A stretch of DNA of 64,000 bases. It comes from a virus. Under the pieces are notes generated by a model. That model ran no database searches, had not been told where the DNA came from, and saw nothing but the letters and a program-made list of their open reading frames with translations. Where the stretch lies: IMG/VR virus record IMGVR_UViG_3300020470_003428, positions 16,540-80,539 of that record; one strand, written 5' to 3'. A program made the translations under genes and the position numbers. Of the stretch, positions 44,087 to 53,835 are shown in pieces. Each line of letters begins with the position of its first letter. Positions within the stretch are counted from its first letter, which is position 1.

Positions 44087-47011
44087 ATGAACGCTTGGGA
44101 ACGGTTAATTAATCTGGATCAAAGCAAGATGCAAGATCCAAAAAATACTTATTTCGGTCAAAAATATCCCGGGACGACGAACGAAAAAAAGAAAACTATT
44201 TTTAATGCCTTGCAAAACGCGGCAGGCTCTTTACCTCAATCGTTATTTCCGCCGATAACCATAAATAAACCTGTTGATAATTACCAAATTCCAACTGTTT
44301 CTAATACTCAATACTCTCCTGCTAAAAAAATAGCTGCAATCGCCACGAGTCCCGGCGAAATGAGGCCTACTGCAAAAGTTGCTTTACCTGTAGGCAAGAT
44401 TGTTGTCCCAGAAATGCAGCGAATTACGCAAAAGAACGCTACAAACCTGAAAGCAACAGGACGTCTTCGCTTAACGACGCCTGCTAAAGGTGATTCTTGG
44501 GATTTATCTGGTTTTGATACGTTAAATAAGCAATATGGCAAACGAAATTACGCTGTTACTCCTATTGGACTAGCTCAGCAACAACAAACTACTAAATGGC
44601 CGGCACCACTTTCTAGTAGAAGGGGCGACAGGACAGTACCAGGAGTAAATCTTGCAATTAATAAACAAAAAACATTACAAAACAGCGAGCAAAAAGGCAA
44701 CGAATTAGGAACAACAGAGAGTAGATTCGGTCGCAAAGTTGTACCGCAGTTTGAAAACTATGAATATAAAGGTGCTGTTACTGATTCCAGGAAAAAACCT
44801 CAAACTTCTTGGTTTAAAAGGAGCAAAGATGATGCCACACCTGGTCGTTGGGACGGCAATCAGTATATAAAAGCTGTTGAAGATACTGTAGAGCGTAAGG
44901 TCTTAACTTCTCCTGCCGGTTCTATCAGCAGTCGGCGAAGTAGAAGTGGTATGCCTGCTCAAGGACCAACATCATTAAATCCAGAAGCGAGAAAAATTCT
45001 AGAAGAATATAGAACTGGAATGCAATATGAAACAGATGTCAGACCAGAAACCAAGGAACAATTAAGAGGTGGAGTAAAAGCCGTTAATCCTGCAACTGGA
45101 GGAGATTGGACTCAAAACCCAGTTAAAGGCAGAAGAATTCCATATCCATTCGAAAATAACCCTAATTACGGCAAAGAGGTTGGCGGAACTAACTATGAAG
45201 TTGGTGTTGACATGCTTTATAAGACCGGTGATCAAACATATGATGTTCGTCGTGTATACGGTACGGATGCTGCAGGAGTAAGAACCAAAGATCCTGACGC
45301 TCGCTTCTTCAACGAGCAACAAGAGGATAAGCGATTGGGAACAGCCGCAACAGAAGCAATGGATGCGACTAAAACGCCTCTTATTAGCGGTAAGACTCTT
45401 GGGGAGATGAAAGAACAAGGCTTAGCAAGATTGGCAACTCCGGCTGACATGACAGCTACAGGTCCTAGTGGAAGACTGAAATACGAAAATAAGAGAGGTA
45501 AATTGAATATCGGTGGGGTAAGAACTGACTTAAAAGGATTCCTAAGAGGCGCAAAAGATCCCGATACAGGTAATTATTCTAAAATCCCTGTTTATCTATA
45601 TCGCGGGGAAAACGAGAAAGATCCTGCAAAAAGACTATATAGACAAGGAGTACCTACTAATAGAGATCTAGACGAAATGAGGAGGATATTGGCTGATCCT
45701 CGTAGAGAAACTAGCGTCAATCAATTAATAACAAATGCGTCAAGAGAAAGAGGTAAACCAGTGGAAAGAGGGTTTACTCCTTTCTTGAACAGAGAAGATG
45801 TGTATGACAAGGTCGGAGGAATTAGAAAGGGTTATGAAAATCCTATAAAATTCCCTCTTCCTCCTAAAGGACCACAAAATCCATACGGTGTAACAGAAGC
45901 TCAGTTAACGAGAGATTACAGCGAAGCTATAAGGATTCTTCAGACACAACATAGAGCAGACAATAAATTCCCGATGACTAGCCAACATTCTTTGGCTGAA
46001 AGTTATAGACGTGTTCTTGCAAGTGCTGCAGCAAGTGGCGCAATGGTTGGTGCTCCTAGTCAGGCGGTTTCAGATTACATGAGATCTTCTAACCTCCAAA
46101 GAGTTGTAGAAGCCGGAGGCCGACAGTTAAGACATGCAATGATCCAAGCGAAAGCTCAAGGTCGGGTATTTAATACAGAGCAATTAATAGCAGCGTCCAA
46201 CGCTATTGGATCAAGGATAGGAGTGAGTGGTAACGCTATTATCAACGCTGCGACTGCAAATGTTGCTATGGGTCCGAACAGAGAAGTCAATCTGTTCCAA
46301 GAGCCTTATGGTTACGATCCACTTTTACCGAAGAATCAGCAAGGGCCAACTCCATTCACTAATAAGAAACAATTAAGAGACAGAGAAGCTTTAGCGGCCT
46401 TACTTTCTCGCGATCAAAATTTATTAGATGATGAAGAAATAGCGTTAAGAGATTCTATTGTTAGCAAGGTAAGAAATAAGCCTTTAGATGAATCTGAAAT
46501 TTATGCATTAAGTTACGAAGACAGAGGAACCAGTGAAGATGGGGTAAAAGGGTACAGAGTGATAGACGATGATGAATACAGGAAAGCAATCGCTGCAAGT
46601 CCTGACCTATATCTAGATGTTGATAATATTGCGAGACGTGCTCCTCAAGCGCCTGTTACTCAGGATAATTTCCTTAGAACTTCCGTTGGTGGTCCAACAG
46701 TCTTGACTACTGGTGACGTCCCTGCTCAAGCCGCCGCACTACGAGCTCGGTACAACGCTGATCCTCGCGTAGCTCTTGGACAAGAAGCTCATAATGATTC
46801 CCGGGTCTTGCAAGCTGGTGTAGATGGTGCTTCACTAAATGCACCTGCTAAACAAACAGCCCCTGTTCCTTACATGGATTACAGAAACGTCGCTGCTGCT
46901 TTAGGTGCTGGCAACGAAGGAAATATATCTGATGAAGCTTTCCTAAGACAGCGGAGAGCCGAAGCTATTATCGCCCAAAGAATTGCTGCCAGAAATAGAA
47001 TGAGAGTATGA
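44087..47011 (+). CDS. large basic hypothetical protein (possible internal virion protein)
   Basis: ~975-aa ORF, first plus-strand gene; TAGACT upstream. Confidence 0.8.
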   Translation: MNAWERLINLDQSKMQDPKNTYFGQKYPGTTNEKKKTIFNALQNAAGSLPQSLFPPITINKPVDNYQIPTVSNTQYSPAKKIAAIATSPGEMRPTAKVALPVGKIVVPEMQRITQKNATNLKATGRLRLTTPAKGDSWDLSGFDTLNKQYGKRNYAVTPIGLAQQQQTTKWPAPLSSRRGDRTVPGVNLAINKQKTLQNSEQKGNELGTTESRFGRKVVPQFENYEYKGAVTDSRKKPQTSWFKRSKDDATPGRWDGNQYIKAVEDTVERKVLTSPAGSISSRRSRSGMPAQGPTSLNPEARKILEEYRTGMQYETDVRPETKEQLRGGVKAVNPATGGDWTQNPVKGRRIPYPFENNPNYGKEVGGTNYEVGVDMLYKTGDQTYDVRRVYGTDAAGVRTKDPDARFFNEQQEDKRLGTAATEAMDATKTPLISGKTLGEMKEQGLARLATPADMTATGPSGRLKYENKRGKLNIGGVRTDLKGFLRGAKDPDTGNYSKIPVYLYRGENEKDPAKRLYRQGVPTNRDLDEMRRILADPRRETSVNQLITNASRERGKPVERGFTPFLNREDVYDKVGGIRKGYENPIKFPLPPKGPQNPYGVTEAQLTRDYSEAIRILQTQHRADNKFPMTSQHSLAESYRRVLASAAASGAMVGAPSQAVSDYMRSSNLQRVVEAGGRQLRHAMIQAKAQGRVFNTEQLIAASNAIGSRIGVSGNAIINAATANVAMGPNREVNLFQEPYGYDPLLPKNQQGPTPFTNKKQLRDREALAALLSRDQNLLDDEEIALRDSIVSKVRNKPLDESEIYALSYEDRGTSEDGVKGYRVIDDDEYRKAIAASPDLYLDVDNIARRAPQAPVTQDNFLRTSVGGPTVLTTGDVPAQAAALRARYNADPRVALGQEAHNDSRVLQAGVDGASLNAPAKQTAPVPYMDYRNVAAALGAGNEGNISDEAFLRQRRAEAIIAQRIAARNRMRV

Positions 47012-47223
47012 AAGAGTATTTAGTTGCCATCACTCCTGAAGACATGAGGAGGCATACTGAACAAGGTTATGCACTGTTGGGAGCTATTACAAATGAAAAG
47101 GGTTTTGACCCAGTTGCTGTAGTAATGTTATCGACATTGATCTTTAATACTCATACATGGATCTTCCACGCATTTGTACTGAAGAACGGAACCGTGCATG
47201 GTATAGAATTAAGAGATGAATAA
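47008..47223 (+). CDS. hypothetical protein
   Basis: 71-aa ORF, ATGA-coupled. Confidence 0.6.
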   Translation: MKEYLVAITPEDMRRHTEQGYALLGAITNEKGFDPVAVVMLSTLIFNTHTWIFHAFVLKNGTVHGIELRDE

Positions 47224-47320
47224 ATCTTGCGACACCAAAAAAGGTAGTTGTGGTTGCGACAAATGCAATCATGAGGAAGCCAAAGAAAGGGCTATGACTT
47301 ACCGAAGAAATAAATCTTAA
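47216..47320 (+). CDS. small Cys-rich peptide
   Basis: Own translation MNKSCDTKKGSCGCDKCNHEEAKERAMTYRRNKS. Confidence 0.45.
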   Translation: MNKSCDTKKGSCGCDKCNHEEAKERAMTYRRNKS

Positions 47321-47366
47321 GTTTCTAGAATAGTTAATATAGATAATGAAAGGTATCCAGTAAGAC

Positions 47367-47705
47367 GTGGCTTTTAAGTTAAACAGAGATCCTGGATTTA
47401 CGAGAGATGCTCTCAATGATATTGTTGGTGCTGAGGGTCGTGGAACTTTAGCTGGGTTAGAACCGAAAGAACGTCAAATAGATTTTACATATAAGGCATC
47501 TTCTCCAGAGAAAAAGGTTGCTGCTGTCCCACCATGGGAAGAAGGGATAGGAGGCAGGGAGTTTGGTGCTAAAGCTAATGATATGGAGCATCCAATTCAG
47601 GAAAATTTAACGGCATTTGTTCAGAAACTTCAACAAGGACCATTCCCTCTGTATCCTCCTGAGACGGATCGGATGGCAGGAGAACAAGGGCCACCAATCG
47701 CATAA
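47367..47705 (+). CDS. hypothetical protein
   Basis: 112-aa ORF, TAGAAT upstream. Confidence 0.65.
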   Translation: MAFKLNRDPGFTRDALNDIVGAEGRGTLAGLEPKERQIDFTYKASSPEKKVAAVPPWEEGIGGREFGAKANDMEHPIQENLTAFVQKLQQGPFPLYPPETDRMAGEQGPPIA

Positions 47706-48292
47706 TGTTTAGAAGAAAAGCAGCCCAATTTATGGCGAAGCCAATCACCAAACGATTGGCTAGATTCGCAAAGCAATGGGGAGATGATCTCCTCCCTGGT
47801 GCTCCTGGCCAAGGAATATTAAGCCCTCGCGCTTTAGCTGAAACTGCTATTTGGTATGGTCCTGATATCTTGTTATGGCCATCGATTTCAGCAAGTATGC
47901 TCCCTGCGGGGACGTCAGCAGCCGATAGAGCAAAAGTCTTCATGCAAGACGCGGGTATAAATGTAGGAGCTTCGCTAATAGGCCAGTCCGGTGGTATTGG
48001 AATTGCAAGAGCCCTAGGAAAAGGTAAGGGAACAGGTACATTTACCACGTTAAAAACACTTGGAGACATGGGGGCTGCTCCATTAAACATGGGTGTTAGG
48101 AGACCTACAGAAACAAAAATCTATAATCAGCTAGCTGCTGAACAAGAGCAGGCTTTGATTGAGAGAATTAGAGCAGAAGAGCAGATGAAAGCTCAACAAT
48201 TTCTCCAATCTTTAATGACCGGAGGCGGTGCTTATCGTAAAGAAGACATTCTTCGTGCTCAACTTGGACTTCCTTGGGGAGGAATGAGTTAA
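47705..48292 (+). CDS. putative virion protein
   Basis: 195-aa Gly/Ala-rich ORF. Confidence 0.7.
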   Translation: MFRRKAAQFMAKPITKRLARFAKQWGDDLLPGAPGQGILSPRALAETAIWYGPDILLWPSISASMLPAGTSAADRAKVFMQDAGINVGASLIGQSGGIGIARALGKGKGTGTFTTLKTLGDMGAAPLNMGVRRPTETKIYNQLAAEQEQALIERIRAEEQMKAQQFLQSLMTGGGAYRKEDILRAQLGLPWGGMS

Positions 48293-49744
48293 ATGGCTGA
48301 TAGTTTTCCTTTAAATCCCACTTGGGAAGAGTTGGTAGACGTTTATAGACGTTCTTTCGAGGCTAATCCTAGAAATTATGCGGATTATCGTCGTAAAGCA
48401 ACGGGATATGAGAATACTCCTCTCATGGACATGGGACAAGGCTCCCAAACATGGAATTATCTAAGGCAAGCTCTGCCTGAAAACGTAGGATCCCTGCAAT
48501 GGTTCCAAGATCAAGCAAGAAATATTCAATCTGCTAATAATTCCCCTAATTGGAGGAGAAAATTAGCTACTAATGTTATGAATGCTGTTGAAAACATACC
48601 TTTAGGTGGTTACACAGCAAAAGAAAGGCAGATGTACGCAGAAGCTCGTGCAGCTGATTACAACGTTCGAACTAAAACAGTTGATTTTAACCAAGTTCTA
48701 GATCCTAGGACTATGACAAAAGCTGCTGAAGCAGCAGGTGTCATGCCTCAGTATGTGGATATCGGTAATAATGCTAGGGTCAGGGCTGCTCAAGCTGCAG
48801 GAGTTGTTTCAGCTGATATAGCTACAGATGGTGCTCGTAATATTTGGTGGTTCTTAAATGCACCTCAGGCTGTGGCATCTATGGCAGCTTTAAGTGCTTT
48901 ACATCATGCTCAATCAGGATCTGAAAAAGTCATAAGAGACAAAGGTATATCTCAGGAGAACGTTCAAGTTCCAATGATGAAAAAACGTGGATATAGACTA
49001 GCTGCAACTCTACCTTCGGTCATCGCGATGTCTGCGGCTGTAGGGAATATCGGAAGGAAGCCAGGTTACAAGCAAGTTGTCCCTAGTGCTGAAGATCCTC
49101 GTAAAACTGCTGATCCATGGCAGGAAGCATTAAGTCGGTATTTCTTAGGTAGAACAGGACGTTTACTCCCTTATAAAGAATTTTCTAGGGAAAGACCTGA
49201 TGTTTCTCCTGATGAATACAGAAGATATAAAGCATATAGTTTCGATCAAAAAACTGATTTAAATCCGTTAGATGGTGATTTTAATATTCTGGGAGCATTA
49301 AGAGGAACAACTCAGGGGATCCATGGACCAGAAGTTAATTTCATGGGTAAGAGTATTCCTATTGGAACTGGAGTCTTACCTGTGGCAGCTGGTGTTATAG
49401 GTACTCGTATGGGTGCTAAGAAGGCGATGAAGAGATTGATAGATATGAAAGCAAAAACTTCGGATTACGGTATTGACAAGTTAAATGCATACAGCACGAA
49501 ACTGAGTGAGATGGAGGATGCTCAGAGAAGAAGAATAGATCCCGAAACCGAGGCACCATTCAGGTCAGCTAAAGAAGAGAGAGATTTTGCTGCAAGAGTA
49601 GACCGCTTAAAAATGCATAAAGATGAAATTGATTCCAAGAACCAAAGAGAAGTATTAAGACAAGCTCTTTTATATGGTGGAGCAGGTGTAACAGGTACTG
49701 CTCTTGTAGGAGAAGGGGTTGAGCAAATAAGGAGGGCAGGCTAA
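48293..49744 (+). CDS. putative internal virion protein
   Basis: 483-aa Ala/Gly-rich ORF. Confidence 0.75.
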   Translation: MADSFPLNPTWEELVDVYRRSFEANPRNYADYRRKATGYENTPLMDMGQGSQTWNYLRQALPENVGSLQWFQDQARNIQSANNSPNWRRKLATNVMNAVENIPLGGYTAKERQMYAEARAADYNVRTKTVDFNQVLDPRTMTKAAEAAGVMPQYVDIGNNARVRAAQAAGVVSADIATDGARNIWWFLNAPQAVASMAALSALHHAQSGSEKVIRDKGISQENVQVPMMKKRGYRLAATLPSVIAMSAAVGNIGRKPGYKQVVPSAEDPRKTADPWQEALSRYFLGRTGRLLPYKEFSRERPDVSPDEYRRYKAYSFDQKTDLNPLDGDFNILGALRGTTQGIHGPEVNFMGKSIPIGTGVLPVAAGVIGTRMGAKKAMKRLIDMKAKTSDYGIDKLNAYSTKLSEMEDAQRRRIDPETEAPFRSAKEERDFAARVDRLKMHKDEIDSKNQREVLRQALLYGGAGVTGTALVGEGVEQIRRAG

Positions 49745-50442
49745 TGGCTGGATTATTCTCTGATCATGGAGTAGCAGACTCTGTAAATGCGGTTACAAAA
49801 GAGAAACAGTATGAGGCATTAGCAAGAGCTAAAGCATTCGAATTAGAACGTAAAAAAGTTATGGGTGAGAAGGCGATTGAAGCAAGTAGAAAATCAGGTC
49901 AATTACAAGCGGATGCAACTAAATATGCTGGCACAATGAATTTGTTAGGTAGTGTTGTTAGTGCTGCAACTAGTATTATTCCTCAAACAGGTGCTTATAA
50001 GAAGTGGGCTGGCAATAATTTTGGACCAAACAAGTATTCAGATGTCGCTGCATACGCAACGGATCATGGCATCTCTTATAACCAAGCTGACCATATATTG
50101 AACGGGGCTGGGACTACTTGGAATACTGACCAATCGCTGAGTTCATGGTCTCCTGCGACAGCTAGTGCTTTCTCTAACAGTATGAATAATGCGAATATAG
50201 TTAATTCGGTTAATTTTTATAATCCAAGCGGAGAATATATAGGGCATACTTATCCAGGTACAAATATTGATGCGTTTAAGACGAGTTCATTCAACCCTGG
50301 TGATAATTATTACAACTTTAATAATTCCAATGCCTTTAATAATACCTTTAGCAACTCTGTCTTGAGTAATTCTTACTCAAACAATAGCTTATACAATGAT
50401 GGTGGGTTGCTTATCCAAACAAACAAGGCTTTTGCTTTTTGA
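49744..50442 (+). CDS. putative virion/ejection protein, Asn-rich C-terminus
   Basis: 232-aa ORF. Confidence 0.7.
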   Translation: MAGLFSDHGVADSVNAVTKEKQYEALARAKAFELERKKVMGEKAIEASRKSGQLQADATKYAGTMNLLGSVVSAATSIIPQTGAYKKWAGNNFGPNKYSDVAAYATDHGISYNQADHILNGAGTTWNTDQSLSSWSPATASAFSNSMNNANIVNSVNFYNPSGEYIGHTYPGTNIDAFKTSSFNPGDNYYNFNNSNAFNNTFSNSVLSNSYSNNSLYNDGGLLIQTNKAFAF

Positions 50443-50445
50443 TCC

Positions 50446-50904
50446 ATGCTTAAAACAGACGTTACTTATAAACTCAATACAGATGATGAGATTACTGATG
50501 CTCTAGATCAGTACACATCTAATAAAGATAGAGAGATTGAAGGCCCTGATCCTAAGGACTTTGGGGTTCCAACTGTTGGTAGTCAGGCTAAATCGTATCT
50601 AGCGTCTCAGACCAAAGCTGGCCCATTAGGTAAATATGCCGTAGAATTTACTGGTTTTCAAAAACCTTTAGAGAGTGTTGAGTCAACGGTAGGACGAGAG
50701 ATAAATAAAAGTATTGAGGGACAAAGAGATCAGCTTTTAGGGCAAGGTATACGTATGGTGGAACAGAAACATGCAGAAGAGATGGAAGGCGACAGATTAC
50801 AAGCTCAAATAGATATTGCGCAGATGGGTGCTTCTGCAACAAAAAGTGCTGCAACCAAAGGTTTGATAGGTAGTGTGATTGTTGGTGGAGCTATCTTGTT
50901 TTAA
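50446..50904 (+). CDS. putative virion protein, hydrophobic C-terminus
   Basis: 152-aa ORF. Confidence 0.7.
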   Translation: MLKTDVTYKLNTDDEITDALDQYTSNKDREIEGPDPKDFGVPTVGSQAKSYLASQTKAGPLGKYAVEFTGFQKPLESVESTVGREINKSIEGQRDQLLGQGIRMVEQKHAEEMEGDRLQAQIDIAQMGASATKSAATKGLIGSVIVGGAILF

Positions 50905-50946
50905 TTTTTTTCTTCGATAGAATAACGAGCAGCGTAGGGGAAATTT

Positions 50947-51741
50947 TTGAATAAGAAACTAGAACGTACTGATCAGATTATTGATTCTTGCGTGAATACT
51001 TTTCTGTCAACAATGATGTGTTGGTCAGGGGGTAAAGATAGCATGGTACTACTCCATTTATTAAGAAGACATGGAGTAAAAATTCCGATCTTATTCTTTA
51101 GAGAACCATGGCAACCATTTAAATATGAGTTCCATGATCGAATTATTCGAGATTGGGAGTTATTGGTTTATTCATGGCATCCTTACGAATCCTTAATGCA
51201 GGAGAAAAATGGAGAGTTTGAAGTTCAAAACAGGTATGCAATCAACGGTTATACGATTTCCTGCCCTACAGGAATCGTTGATCCTGTCGATGATTTACCT
51301 TGTACTAGCTGTCTGGAAATTTTAAGACGTCCTAAACAAAAAGAACTACTTGTTCCCTATTTAGATGCTATTTGGATAGGACATAAAGGAAGCGATACGG
51401 ACTCCTTAGCAGGAGATGTTGGAATTAAATCTGAGGTTCGACAAGTTCCCGGTGGAGTATCTTCTATTTTTCCTTTAAGAGATTGGACTGATGAGGACGT
51501 ATGGAATTATATAGAAGAGCATGATGTACCTTATGACGAAAAACGATATGAAAAATTTGAAGGTAAATGGAGAGAGCGTCCTGATAGAAGGCATAATGCT
51601 GATTACGTTCATGCCTGTACTCGAAGCGTAGACAGAAGGGAAGGAGCAGAAGAGTTCCCTTATTGCAGGAAATTAAAAACAACAGTTCAAAATATGGCTA
51701 AATATGTTGTATGGACGGAACCTGTTAAGCCTGACTATTAA
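50947..51741 (+). CDS. PAPS reductase-family (PP-loop) protein
   Basis: WSGGKDS, PLRDWTDEDVWNYI. Confidence 0.8.
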   Translation: MNKKLERTDQIIDSCVNTFLSTMMCWSGGKDSMVLLHLLRRHGVKIPILFFREPWQPFKYEFHDRIIRDWELLVYSWHPYESLMQEKNGEFEVQNRYAINGYTISCPTGIVDPVDDLPCTSCLEILRRPKQKELLVPYLDAIWIGHKGSDTDSLAGDVGIKSEVRQVPGGVSSIFPLRDWTDEDVWNYIEEHDVPYDEKRYEKFEGKWRERPDRRHNADYVHACTRSVDRREGAEEFPYCRKLKTTVQNMAKYVVWTEPVKPDY

Positions 51742-51768
51742 AGTCATTAGAATCAGTACATAGGAATA

Positions 51769-52386
51769 TTGTGTCTAGTTTTGGATCCTACAGATTTTGC
51801 GAAAGCAGTACGAGAGAAAGCTATTCTCGAAGAATATATAAGAAGGCAAGCCGTTGGTAGGGGTGGTCAACTAGCTCCTGTGACGATGGCATTTGGAAAT
51901 CCATTCCAAAGAGGATGGAAGAATTACGTAAATTATGTAGATGATTTTAATAGAACTGTTACTCCAAAAGTTGCTGGTTTTGCTAAAGCATATGGACCTT
52001 TAGCTGTATTAGTAGATGCTGGATTAGAAATGACAGATACTGATGATCCAGCAGCTGTCAACGTAGCGGAAGGAGTCGGCAGTGGTCTTGGATGGTGGGG
52101 AGGTGCTGCCTTGGGAGCTAAGCTCGCGGCTCCTCTTTCCTTCATCCCCGGAGCACCAATAATAGGAGGAGTTGCAGGAGGTTTAATTGGTAGTGGTGCA
52201 TTGAAAGGTGCTGCTCGTGGTGTTTACAAAGCATTTGATCCTGAAGTTGATCAAAGGAAAGCATTAAAACAGCAAGAGAGAGCTAATGAATTGTATCTAA
52301 AACAAATGGAGCCTAGACTTCAATTAATGCAGCAGATCCAAGCACTTCAAAATAGTGGCGGTCGTGCATACGATCTTCTTCAATAA
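51769..52386 (+). CDS. Gly-zipper protein (putative virion)
   Basis: GxxxG-rich hydrophobic segments; start uncertain. Confidence 0.7.
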   Translation: MCLVLDPTDFAKAVREKAILEEYIRRQAVGRGGQLAPVTMAFGNPFQRGWKNYVNYVDDFNRTVTPKVAGFAKAYGPLAVLVDAGLEMTDTDDPAAVNVAEGVGSGLGWWGGAALGAKLAAPLSFIPGAPIIGGVAGGLIGSGALKGAARGVYKAFDPEVDQRKALKQQERANELYLKQMEPRLQLMQQIQALQNSGGRAYDLLQ

Positions 52387-52388
52387 TT

Positions 52389-52943
52389 ATGGCAGCAAAC
52401 ATTTCTATTCCTTCTCTTTCTAGCCGAGCATATAGGCCAGTAGCTATACCTCAAACTACTGACTTGTATGGAGCCGGGGGACCAGGGACTAACGCTGGAA
52501 TGAACATGATGAATAATGTTCTGACCTCTAACGCATCACTAGGTAAAGCGTTAACCCTTCAAGCAATGGAGGACAAGAGTGCTTTGACTATTGCTGATAT
52601 GAATAATAAAGCAGCAATAGAGAAGGCGAAGATCATGTATAAAGGTCCTACTTTATTTGACAAGCTAACGGCTATTAACAGTTTGTTTGACGATGATCCA
52701 ATTCAAGTTGGAGTAGGGAATAGCAATCTGAGCAATGGTAGTGCTATTGGCTTGCCAAATGATCCAGCCACTGAAGCTTACAATGCTGCATTAAAGGAGA
52801 CACTACAGAAGGAGTTCCTTGAAAAAATGGAGCAAATCAGATTAGGGCAGAGTGAACTGACTAATTACTCTGAGATTCTTAGTAATTCGAAAGCGAATTC
52901 TATTTTGAACAATAATGCATTAAATAATGTGAATCCTAAGTAG
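52389..52943 (+). CDS. putative virion protein
   Basis: 184-aa ORF. Confidence 0.7.
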   Translation: MAANISIPSLSSRAYRPVAIPQTTDLYGAGGPGTNAGMNMMNNVLTSNASLGKALTLQAMEDKSALTIADMNNKAAIEKAKIMYKGPTLFDKLTAINSLFDDDPIQVGVGNSNLSNGSAIGLPNDPATEAYNAALKETLQKEFLEKMEQIRLGQSELTNYSEILSNSKANSILNNNALNNVNPK

Positions 52944-52985
52944 AGCTAATATTAGAACAGTTCTCTTGTCGAAACTAGAAGCATA

Positions 52986-53783
52986 ATGTCGGACAACCTT
53001 ACTCTTGACAACACTAACGTAAACCAGCGGATTCTTCGGGAATATTTAAATCAAAAAAGGGATGAGCTTGAGAGGAAGTATGTCCCTGAAGCACGAGGTC
53101 TGGATGTTACTCGTTTTCTAGGCATTGATAATGCTTTCCGCTATCCAGCACTAGATAAGGCTTTCGAAACAGAAGTTTTAGAGCCTTTAGTGGCTCAAGG
53201 AATTATTGATAGGAATTCTTACAACCAGCTAATGGTTGATGGTGCCGACAGACGTATACGTAGTGGTTGGTATCACATGGGAGGAGATAAACAAAAAGCA
53301 GCCCATTTAGACCTGATCAATAATTTGCAGCTTGGGGCGAATGCTAATAGCATGCTCAACGAAAAGCAATTCCAAACAGCTGTCAACGCCATCTCACCTG
53401 GTAGTGGCACTTACCAAAATACTGTTCAAGATAATACTTTAAATGATTTAAGCAAAGCTCAAGAAATTTTGAATAAGACGAATTTGTCGAGTATACAAAA
53501 AAATAACCTTGAAAATCAGTTCACCAAAGATAAGTTTTCAAACCAAAGTTTCATAGACAAAAATATTCCTATAGAGGAATTAGGTGGAAAGACCATACAA
53601 CAACAACTAGAGCTCACTGGTCCTAATGCGATTAAAACTAGACAATTACAACAATTAATACAGCAAGGACAACAACCTCAGAATGAAGCCCTTGAACTGC
53701 AGCAACAACAGATAAAAAATCGACAGACTAAAAATTTAATTACAGGTATATTGGCTGGTGCTGCAATCTTGAAAGGTGACTAA
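52986..53783 (+). CDS. putative virion protein, Gln/Asn-rich
   Basis: 265-aa ORF. Confidence 0.7.
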   Translation: MSDNLTLDNTNVNQRILREYLNQKRDELERKYVPEARGLDVTRFLGIDNAFRYPALDKAFETEVLEPLVAQGIIDRNSYNQLMVDGADRRIRSGWYHMGGDKQKAAHLDLINNLQLGANANSMLNEKQFQTAVNAISPGSGTYQNTVQDNTLNDLSKAQEILNKTNLSSIQKNNLENQFTKDKFSNQSFIDKNIPIEELGGKTIQQQLELTGPNAIKTRQLQQLIQQGQQPQNEALELQQQQIKNRQTKNLITGILAGAAILKGD

Positions 53784-53835
53784 TAGATCTGACTAAGATA
53801 GAAAGGATAGACGTTAAGACAGCAGTTACACCAAC

